Below, piece by piece: positions 23,573 through 35,075 of a stretch of DNA of 64,000 nucleotides. The notes below the pieces were generated by a model that made no database searches, was not told where the DNA came from, and saw nothing but the letters and a program-made list of their open reading frames with translations. Source of the DNA: Sporopachydermia quercuum. Lineage: Eukaryota. The position numbers and the translations under genes are program-made. Position 1 is the stretch's first letter. Every line of letters starts with the position of its first letter. The stretch covers positions 806,001 to 870,000 of the forward strand of contig BCGN01000002.1 of NCBI GenBank assembly GCA_001599295.1, read 5' to 3'.

Positions 23573-24438
23573 GATACTTTTGAAGCATCAAACGAATAGA
23601 AGATCAAACTCTGGTAGAAAATGAACTAGTATCTTGTGTCGATTTAGATAGAAGCATATTATATGGCTACATGCTAACAATTAATATTCTCCTATTGATA
23701 TATAAATGTTGTTTCATGAGTGTTAACTTAAATCTGGGACCAATTTTCATTGAAATAGGCTGTTACAGGAAGAGGCCGAGCCGAACGGTCGGCAATTGAT
23801 GAAGAACCTGTGTGTTTAGGATGACATAATCATCGAACTGAATAATTATGTCTACATGGTGACTCATCACATAAAAAGGGTCTCACTTAAGGAACAGCCA
23901 GAATTTCGTTTATTCAAATCACCAGGCATAACAATTAACAATAATTAGCAGATTATACGAAATTACAGAATATTACACTGAAAGTTTAGTTCTACCGCTA
24001 TACTGGAAAAATAAAGCCTCTAAATAATTTGTAATTATATCTTTTGGTATTTATATCCTATTAACCAACTTTATCACGGTGACATGCATTCCTACCAATG
24101 TCTCATTACCCCCTACCTCGAAACTGCGTTTCATCTGGCTAAAACCAGGTCTTAATTTTCACGCAAAGGGTCTAGCTATANCTTTCTCGGGCCCATTCTT
24201 GAAATTTCACTGATTTATTTATTTTATTCGCTTGAGATCCGAGATGGACCGGGCCATATGAGGATCTCATGTTCTCTACTACTATCTCCTGTTTCTTTTT
24301 GTTAAGATTTCTCTTAATTTCATATTTCCTAATCAAATCAATTCTGGTTTAATTGGCATATTCTTAGTATTTCCGGTCAATTGATCTCTAAAAGCTGGCA
24401 GTGCTTATGAATTAGATCAACCAGTAGAATCGTACTAA

Positions 24439-26406
<1,968 letters not shown>

Positions 26407-26574
26407 TTAATTCTTATCATAAGTGGAAAATCAGTAATAGCGCTATCTTTTCATTAGATACGTTTTGATGAAAACGGTTTATATGATTTTCATGAGCGCT
26501 GTGTATGTTATGGATTAGATATAAAAGTAGAAGAAACTAAATAGTTATAATGTATGTACATGAATGTAATATTA

Positions 26575-27210
26575 TTACGTTGTATTATTACTCCGTACCT
26601 CTTGCTGTAGAAACTCCATCATCATTTGGGGATCTTGGTTCCATTCATTTACTTCTCCACCAAGAAAATCGATAGTATGAGGCGTTAGCATTAGTACCCC
26701 TCTTTGAATTAATGTTCCTTTTTGAACAATTAGTTTTGACCCAAGCCTCGTTTGCTTCGATAGAAATGGTAGCTTGACTTGTTCAATGCCATATATTAAT
26801 TTTCCGCGGGTATCCTGTAGAAGCAGCCTGAACATTCTTTTCTTGTTATCAGTATTATGAAACTGATTTTCTGTTTCTTCTTGATCTAAATCAACGGTAC
26901 GGATTACATGTTCTCTGCCTGCTCTTCCTAATCTATCAGTATTCGAGCTCTGAGGTTCATTCTGATATTGAAGCTCTTCAATTTGAGATAATTTGCTATT
27001 TGCTATATCCAATATTTGAACAATCTGGAATAAAATATTTCTGTCTAAGACCAATCTTTGAGCTGTAAACGTATTGGATCTCAAGGAATTGTTGATTACA
27101 GTTCTCGCTTTAGTTGTAGATACATCTTGACCTGAAAGATATTGCGATTCTAAAGCTGTTGTCTTCAAGTCAGTCAAGTTCGCCGTAAGGAAAGAGCAAT
27201 CATTACTCAT
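26575..27210 (-). CDS. RMI1: RecQ-mediated genome instability protein 1 (Sgs1-Top3-Rmi1 complex), N-terminal OB fold
   Basis: FQIVQILDIA, then RMFRLLLQD..G....GIE, LGSKLIV and RGVLMLTP...FLGGEV.EWN match the Rmi1 OB-fold pattern. Confidence 0.8.
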   Translation of the reverse strand: MSNDCSFLTANLTDLKTTALESQYLSGQDVSTTKARTVINNSLRSNTFTAQRLVLDRNILFQIVQILDIANSKLSQIEELQYQNEPQSSNTDRLGRAGREHVIRTVDLDQEETENQFHNTDNKKRMFRLLLQDTRGKLIYGIEQVKLPFLSKQTRLGSKLIVQKGTLIQRGVLMLTPHTIDFLGGEVNEWNQDPQMMMEFLQQEVRSNNTT

Positions 27211-27737
27211 GTTAAACCATTAGGTCACTAAAATTCCCTTTCACAGGGAATGTAATTAACATAAGAGTACTTTAGTAAATCGACAAAAAAATCTCTTTAC
27301 AGTACTCGTTATCGTTTCAAAAGAAAATGAAAAAAAAAAAAAACAGAAAGGAAATAGCTGATAACTAAATAGTATTAGTCTTGTGTTTGCCTTATAAAAT
27401 GCGTTGAAGAACATACTGCTTTTCTAAAAGCAATGATATGTTACGTCATGTGATCCAGTACGGGATATTTACCACCTAAGGCGTCCAGGCGAACGACTTC
27501 CGGGAGACATGTTGGATAATGCCTCCTCCTTCCCTCATATGTCTGTACGCGACAAGAATTGTCTGTCATTCACCCCTTGGTGGGACACTTTTCTCTTATG
27601 TTTACCACAGAGCAAATAGTTCTACTTTTTATTACAAACAATTGAATCGACTACTATTGTTTATGGAGCTTTCTTGAAGGAACTAGAATGTTTGATATCA
27701 TATAATATGAATTATTACTATTTTTATAGTTGCTGTG

Positions 27738-28372
27738 ATGCAGATTTATTCTTTGTATATCATAAACAAATCTGGAGGGCTGATCTATGAAGTATGTACA
27801 GTTGAATAGATGAGAAGTATAGTAAAGTAAAGCGAGATTGCGATATTGCGATATTGCGAGATATGTCTGCAAATGAACAAGGCTCCTCAGACAGATAAGG
27901 NTTTATTATAGACGGATTTCTTCAGATTATTAACAATTTTTAGTATGATTTTGCCCCCGGGGTGAGGAAATTAACATCAAATGATTACCTTGTGCTAGCT
28001 GGTACCATGCATAGTGTGCATGCTATCTCTTCTCAAATCAGTCCAACTGGTAAATCATCTGGAATTCGTGGAGTGGAAACTGGAGAATTTTCTTTGTATA
28101 TTAAACAGGCGTTGACAGGGATGAAATTTATTATTGTCACATCACCAGCAGGTATTGGCAATGATGGAGCTGTTGATTTGGGGGTAGTTACTAGCTCAGG
28201 TGGTACTACCGTAAAGAATCAGACTCTTGCTGATGAAGCACTAGCAAAAATGTATGTTATTTACTCAGATTATGTTTTGAAGAATCCTTTTTATCAGCTT
28301 GAGATGCCAATTAGAAGTGAACTATTTGATTCTCAACTTGAATCATTTGTCAAAGTATTCTCTCTACGTTAA
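27738..28372 (+). CDS. TRS23: TRAPP complex subunit Trs23 (sybindin-like); 2 exons (27738-27791, 27944-28372)
   Basis: Exon 1 MQIYSLYIINKSGGLIYE, then intron GTATGT...TATTAAC...TAG (27792-27943), in frame with LTSNDYLVLAGTMHSVHAI...TGMKF...YSDYVLKNPFYQLEMPIRSELFD. Confidence 0.92.
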
Positions 28373-29217
28373 ATCAACATTGACTTCAAATGCATACAAC
28401 TATTTTGTCAAATCAGCCTATTATTTATCAGAGACTTCAACAACTATTTGGTTCTCAATTATGTACTATAATTCAACTCACCAACAAATAGGCAAAAATG
28501 CTGTCTTCAGTTCTTGCCTGTTCTGTTATCTATTCATTCTACATCCCAACACAACGAAGCACCTTCATGACTGATAAAGCATGTTTACATAATCATTTCA
28601 TGTCACCATCACCATCTACAGCATTAACAACAATAGCAATAACAATTCTACCATCAGAAATAATCTTCTAGTATATTTCCTATATACAGAGCCATATACA
28701 TAAAATACATAAATAGATACGATTCTCAAATCTGCCCTACATAGTGCTTTGTTTTCCTCTTTTCTTAATATTCTTCTCTCTTTCCCTCTCCTAATTTCTG
28801 ATGCGACAAGATAGATAGGCAGAAACAGCGACAATGAGAAATAAATAATATGCAGTATTTGAATCATTTAGAAGTAACTGCTTATTATAAAAAATCAATA
28901 TTGGGGATAATCTTGAAATTAATAGTACTCTAGATGAGACCATACTTCCTTACTTTTTAAGGCTCGACCTGGATTCTGACTGGAGTGCAAAAATTTATAC
29001 ATAAGCCTGTTTCATTCCACTATCAGAATCCCAATATTCACTCATTTTGACAAAAACTACAAAAACTGCAAAAGCCATCTTTTGTCGCTCTGATTAGTTT
29101 TTGCGTCTCTGGTCTCGCTCAACATACAAAATCCTGATTAGCCCAACACGGAAGAGTTTTGTCCCATTACTAGTATATCGTCCCATCACACAGCCCCAAG
29201 CACGGAAATAGGACAGG

Positions 29218-29252
29218 AATTTTTTTCACGCCCAGCGAATGAATTTTTTTTC
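29218..29252. promoter_or_regulatory. RRPE-like elements upstream of eIF4G
   Basis: AATTTTTTTCA and GAATTTTTTTTC resemble the reverse complement of TGAAAAWTTT, which is common upstream of growth and translation genes. The motif is low complexity, so this is weak evidence. Confidence 0.3.
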
Positions 29253-29842
29253 TTGTCGTTAAATTAAAAGCATTCTTAAGCCCTGACACCAGAATAATTT
29301 GTTTACAGAAGGGATTAGTGTAGCGTGGATGAAGTGCTAGAAAGAGACTAACTATTCAAAGTAATTAATACTAGATTAATAGTATTATAGACTTATTATA
29401 CGATTGAAATAATTGTTTAGACACGGTTGATTTATTGAATTAAATTTCGCCGTTGTGATAAACTGTTAACTGAAGTAGACAAAGGAATTTAACCTCCATT
29501 TCTACGATTCAAATTGAGTAGAGACAGATTTGGTTTGTTGNTAAGAGGCAAATTACTATTAATTAAATAGAGGAGGAAATATTTCTTTTTTTTTACCAGT
29601 TAGTAGTTAATTTTGTCTTATTGATAACCGGAGATTTTGAAGTGAAGATTTGAAGTAATATAGTTTCAAATAATCTTCTCATTCATAAAGATCTATTATT
29701 TCAACTGAGAATAGTTGTTGGTGTTGTGATTTGACTTAGATACTGCAACATCAGTGAATTTAAATCAACAAAATAAGGCTTTACTTAACTATTTTTGTTG
29801 TTAGTTTTCATTGTTGTTTAATTATCCAAGGATAAAAGTTTC

Positions 29843-32836
29843 ATGATGCATTCACAAGGATCTCATAATCAGCGTGGTCCTCGTAATCAAAATTCTCATT
29901 ATCATCCTAATGGGAGTGGGAATGGGAAGAGCAATTTAAATAATGCTATGAGAGGGTATGTTCCAGTTAATGGTTATATGTTTAGTCCTCAAATGGCTTA
30001 TCCTCAATACCCGGCACAATATGGCTACACAGGAGCTGAATTTGTTGGCGTTCCACCTGCAGGAGGTTATGCATCTTTGATTAACCCCAATGATCCAACT
30101 GCCGCATACCCAAGATCACCTGTTCCTCCTGGAGGGCCAGTTTTAATCCAATCACCATCTGGAGAACCTATTACTTTTACCCATACTCGGACTGGCAGCA
30201 ACGTTGTTCGAAGTTCACCTTCAACTCCTAATGCTAAAATCTCAAGTGCCAGTGGTACTCCAACCGGTGCTCACGCTGTAATCGCCACTGGTTCTACCCC
30301 TCAACCAATCAATGCACAATTGGCTCATGGTTCTGGTTCTCCTGCCGGTTCTCCTGCACCAAAGGTGAAATCTGCTATTGCTGAAGACTTCAAAGCCCAG
30401 GTCAAGCGAAGAGCTGAAGAAGCTAGATTGAAGAAACTAGAAGCCGAAAAGGAAAAGAACCGTGCAGTTGGTATCACTGAAGGTGGACAAGAAAAATATT
30501 TTGAATTGAAGAAACAAATAGAGCGAAGCGAAGAGAAATCAGAGCCCGAGGCTCAACTAGTTGAAGCAAAACCAGTTAAAACAAAACCAGTTGAAACAAA
30601 ACTAGTTGAAGCAAAAACAGTTGAAACAAAACCAGTTGAGAAAAACTCAGCTGAGACAGAATCAGAGGAAGCAAAACCTTTTAAACCAGCTGAAGAAACA
30701 AAGTCAAAGGAAGAAGATGTTGAACAAAGTAAGGAGGAACCTCTACGACCAGAAGTCAAGGCCCCAGAAGTTCCTCCAGAAGTTCCTCCAGTTAATAAAT
30801 TTGCTGCCAAATCTACCAAAGCATTCACCTTCACAAGATCTGCTAATCCCACTGCTCCCCCTCCTGATGAGGAAGAAGATGAAGAGATTACTACCACTTC
30901 TACTACTTCCGAAACTCCTGCTGCTGCTGAAACCCCTGAACCTGCTACTCCTGAACCTGAAACTCCTGAACCTGAAACTCCTGAACCTGAAACTTCTGAA
31001 CCTGAAGTTTCTGTTCAGTCAGAACTCACTATCTCTACTTTCTTATCTAAAGTCAGAAATGCTAGGGCTATCTCATCACCATTTACACATAAGTACCCNG
31101 AAGGTATGAAGAATCCAGATGAAAAGTTTGCAACAAGTAAGAAAGTGAAATATGATCCTGTTTTTCTTCTGCAATTCCAACCTTTATTGGGTTTCCCAGC
31201 TGATGAAGCTTGGACCAAGTTTGCATCAAACTTACCAGTTGCCAAGGCTCGCAGTAATAACAAACAACCATTTTTATTTGGTTCCGGTCAAATCGGCTCT
31301 GCAGGACCTGCCCCATTCCATCAAAATCCAAGATCCAATTATGATCGTAGAGACAATAAGAGTCGACAAGGCTCTAAGAAGAATGCTAGTGTGCGATATG
31401 ATAGAGGGTCTGATCGTAGACAACAATCGATGCAAAATAAGAGCCATGGCGGTTATGGATCCCATGGAAGAGAAAAAGATTCTAAGGATGATAGAACTTC
31501 AGAGCAAATCAGTGAAGCTGCTGCTAAGTTTTTGGAGAGATCAACTAATAGTTTTGTCCCCAGAGCTATAAAACAGAAGAAAGAAGAAATGATTGTTACT
31601 GATGACGGAGTTGTCTTGTTAGACGAAGAAACTGTTGGCCGAAAAGTCAAGTCGTTATTGAACAAGATGACATTGGATAATCTGGAAAAGATTACCAACC
31701 AAATTTTGGAAATTGCCAAACAATCAGAGCATGAAAAGGACGGTAAGACAGTACGACAAATTTTAGAACTGACGTTTGCTAAGGCCTGTGATGAACCCCA
31801 TTGGTCATCTATGTATGCTAAGTTCTGTGCATTAATCATTCAACTTATCCCACCGCATATCAGAGATGAAGCATTTTATGATCCTAATAGTCCTAAACCA
31901 GTTGAAGGACCAATATTGGTTAGAAAGTATTTATTGAGTCGATGTCAGACTGAGTACGAAAAAGGTTGGTCTGATGATATTTCATTAGAATTAGCTGAAG
32001 CTGATCAAATGTCTGATGAATATTACATTGCTGCTGCTATCAAAAGGAGAGGTCTGGGTTTAATCAAATTCATTGGTCAGCTTTACCTCTACGGTCTTAT
32101 CGGTGAAAAAATTATTCATCAATGTTTGTTTGGATTGATGCAAAGAATTCAAAGTACTAAGAGTGAAGATATGATTGAATCTTTATGTCAATTACTGACA
32201 GCTACTGGTAAGAAAATTGATGCTTCCGAAGGTGATGTTAAGGGATTACTTGTCAGAATTATTGCTGCTATGAAGGAATTAGCTGTTGATCAAACGATTG
32301 ATTCACGTATGAGATTCATGATGTTGGATGTGATAGATTTACGAAGTACTAATTGGGTTGGAAAGAATGCTGATAAGGGACCTAAGACAATTGCTGAAAT
32401 TCACGCACAAGCTGAAATGGAAGCTCGTGCTGAAGAAGAAAGAAAGAGAGCAGCTCAACATGATAAACGTCATCAAAGTTTTATGCGCGGACGTGCCGGT
32501 GGTGATTCAAGAAACAACTCACGTTCTGATGCTAGGTTGTCACAGGTTTCTCATAACGATTTACGAAACGTTGGTAAGGTTAGAAATAACACTGATGGAA
32601 ATACAAGATCTCTCGGTCCTGGAAGTTTTTTGGCTAGTAAAAGAGGTCCTGGTCGACCTGCATCATCAACCCCTACTAGCATGTCATCTCGTGAAAACTC
32701 TCGAGCCTCATCACAACAAACCAATAGTTTTGCTTTGTTAATGGAAAACGGTGACGACAACGAGCATGAAAACGATAATGAAAATGATAATGAACATGAA
32801 CATGAGCCTGCTGAGGCTCCGGCTACTACGAATTAG
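29843..32836 (+). CDS. TIF4631: Translation initiation factor eIF4G
   Basis: eIF4E-binding motif KYDPVFLLQF (YxxxxL-phi) and a MIF4G domain (RKVKSLLNKMT, FAKACDEPHWSSMYA, YYIAAAIKRRGLGL, GPKTIAEIH). No MA3 domain is recognisable. Confidence 0.93.
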   Translation: MMHSQGSHNQRGPRNQNSHYHPNGSGNGKSNLNNAMRGYVPVNGYMFSPQMAYPQYPAQYGYTGAEFVGVPPAGGYASLINPNDPTAAYPRSPVPPGGPVLIQSPSGEPITFTHTRTGSNVVRSSPSTPNAKISSASGTPTGAHAVIATGSTPQPINAQLAHGSGSPAGSPAPKVKSAIAEDFKAQVKRRAEEARLKKLEAEKEKNRAVGITEGGQEKYFELKKQIERSEEKSEPEAQLVEAKPVKTKPVETKLVEAKTVETKPVEKNSAETESEEAKPFKPAEETKSKEEDVEQSKEEPLRPEVKAPEVPPEVPPVNKFAAKSTKAFTFTRSANPTAPPPDEEEDEEITTTSTTSETPAAAETPEPATPEPETPEPETPEPETSEPEVSVQSELTISTFLSKVRNARAISSPFTHKYXEGMKNPDEKFATSKKVKYDPVFLLQFQPLLGFPADEAWTKFASNLPVAKARSNNKQPFLFGSGQIGSAGPAPFHQNPRSNYDRRDNKSRQGSKKNASVRYDRGSDRRQQSMQNKSHGGYGSHGREKDSKDDRTSEQISEAAAKFLERSTNSFVPRAIKQKKEEMIVTDDGVVLLDEETVGRKVKSLLNKMTLDNLEKITNQILEIAKQSEHEKDGKTVRQILELTFAKACDEPHWSSMYAKFCALIIQLIPPHIRDEAFYDPNSPKPVEGPILVRKYLLSRCQTEYEKGWSDDISLELAEADQMSDEYYIAAAIKRRGLGLIKFIGQLYLYGLIGEKIIHQCLFGLMQRIQSTKSEDMIESLCQLLTATGKKIDASEGDVKGLLVRIIAAMKELAVDQTIDSRMRFMMLDVIDLRSTNWVGKNADKGPKTIAEIHAQAEMEARAEEERKRAAQHDKRHQSFMRGRAGGDSRNNSRSDARLSQVSHNDLRNVGKVRNNTDGNTRSLGPGSFLASKRGPGRPASSTPTSMSSRENSRASSQQTNSFALLMENGDDNEHENDNENDNEHEHEPAEAPATTN
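30556..30640 (+). repeat. 15-bp coding tandem repeats (PVETK-like) in eIF4G
   Basis: Imperfect repeats of CCAGTTGAAACAAAA encoding LVEAK/PVKTK/PVETK/LVEAK/TVETK. Confidence 0.8.
30932..31006 (+). repeat. 15-bp coding tandem repeats (TPEPE x5) in eIF4G
   Basis: ACTCCTGAACCTGAA unit repeated about 5 times. Confidence 0.9.
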
Positions 32837-33349
32837 GTGAAGATGCATATACTAACATTTAGAGCATGAAGGGAATTTACTTCACCCTGATTTTCTAGAT
32901 GAATGAAAGAGAAAACTGTATATATGTTTGGTCACTTGATTCAAAATTGAATGTGTGGTAGTGTTTATCTTTCGATTCTTTGCTGGTGTTAGACGATTTT
33001 ATCTATGTCATGGTTCATACTACTCTTATTTTATGTAATTTTCTATCTTACTTTTATTAATTCTTTCAATATTGTTAAATTATTATTTTTATTATTCGAT
33101 TTCTATATTTTAATCAACACATACTTTTTGATAGAGTCCATGAACAAGTATTCAAATCTGATTTGATTCTTTGTAGCACGCTTGTGGTTGGTATAAGGAC
33201 TACTTATAATTGTTTTTAATAATCTATCTTGGATATTGAGACAGCTCAGTGTTATCTATTGTTTCTAGTAATATTGATGTGATATCAGCTAGTACGAAAT
33301 AATCATAAGTAGCTAATTGTAGAAGGCTCTATATGTTAGGTACTTCAAA

Positions 33350-34232
33350 CTAGGTAGGGTGTCTCTGAGTATTGCGAATTTCCTTCAACAACGTTTTAGA
33401 ATAATCTTTTAATAAATCGCTCTGATATGGTTTCGTCAGTAAGGTATATAGGCCTATAGGTGGTCTTTCAGATTTTTCAGAATTAGAAGAGTACTCAGAT
33501 AGTTCATCCGATATTTCTCTGTTCTCCAAGTTTTCGCGTGATTCCTTAGATGAGAATTGAGCGGTTATGTTGTGTTTGATTTGCTTGAATATTGCGCTCT
33601 TTTTGCTAGATTTATTGGCAGTTTCTCTTCCCTTTTCTGTTAAGTTTTCTGGTTGTGCAATTTCGCCTTTTGTTGGATTCTCTTTCGGTAGGATATTCGC
33701 ACCGTTATTGCTTATGATGCCTTAGACAGAATAACATGGTCAGTATTGTGGGTTCTATCTGTACCTCCGCGGGTTAATCAGAAGTAAACTGAGAAAAGTG
33801 GGTCATCATACTTGTATCAATGTAATTTGTCGCATGAACCATAGAAGTCGGAGGTTGAAGACTTGTAAAATAATCGCCAGTTCGAATATTACTTTTCGAC
33901 CAAAGTAAGTCTCTCACAACAGATAATGCCATAAATGAATCCAAATCTTCTTTCGGTGAATATATTTTGCTCAAGCAAGCAAAAAAATACAATATTGAAA
34001 TAACAATATCCAATGTAATAAACACTAAGGTTACCCCAGTTTTTGTTATCAGTTCTACGACAAACAGAGCTAGGTCTCTAACCATGAACATCAGCTTGAT
34101 AGCCAGAACAAAAAACGCGGTAAATATTTGATTAATCCATCGTATTGTTTGATAGGTCCACGATTTTGAATGCAACTCATTGAGTAACTCCTCATTTGTT
34201 GTTACAAGTTCTGCTATTTGACTCAAACTCAT
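33350..34232 (-). CDS. Hypothetical 263-aa membrane protein; 2 exons (34232-33812, 33720-33350)
   Basis: Intron GTATGA...TACTGAC...TAAG (33811-33721, 91 nt) joins the 152-aa ORF in phase 1 to a stop-free 371-nt exon ending in TAG. There are two hydrophobic N-terminal segments. No family was recognised. Confidence 0.65.
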
Positions 34233-35075
34233 TGTCTAGTTTTCCATTCAATTCGAGTTACTGAGGTTCTTCTGCTAAATTTTCTATAAACGACAGGAAG
34301 TAATGAAACTGAGATACATTAAAAGCTTTTCGACAAAGTAAAGAACACTATTCTGACATGAAATAATTGGGAATAAGCGAGTATATAAAAAAACACAAAA
34401 GATGTTGACGTTCTGTTCAGAGACTCTATTATATGANAAAGTACAATTGCACAAAACGCACATATACACCAACGTAATAGTGTTTCTAACACATAGTCTT
34501 CGGAGATAAGTAATTGTGATTTGTTTGTTATACTTCTATGTATATTCTAAGAACCAGAAGCCCTTACTTAAATGTTGATTGGTTACTACATAATATTGTA
34601 GTTGATTCTCGTGTACTTGAGCGTATACAACAGTTGATCATTTCATTTCGCGACCAGAAAAACCTCTTGAAGCTATGCAAAGAAGTCTATATATTGAATT
34701 GTATAGGGTTCAATGTTTCTAAAAAATGAAACAGAAGAATCATGTTGCTCTAAGAAATTGATACCACGATTTCAGTACAGCGACACATATACCAACTCCT
34801 CATAAACATTGCAGTTCAATCAACTTGATGAAACCAAAAGAAGGGGAAAGAAGAAAAAATTAAATAAAAAAACTAAAAAGATTAAAAAAGGCAACAATTT
34901 TAATACCATAAATAACACTGAAAATAAGAGTAGCAGACCCGAAAAAAAAAAAAGTTGTGTACCCAAGCCTCATTAACACACCTACCAGCTAACCAGATAA
35001 CCATATTACCATTGACCAATTCCTATACATTCCCTATCCAGTTCATAAATCCGCCATAAACATGATTTCCCATCC

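Noticed and set aside
33590..33610. Apparent frameshift in the second exon of the orphan gene
   Set aside because: Recounting the A-run (5 A on the minus strand) shows the frame is continuous to the TAG at 33350.
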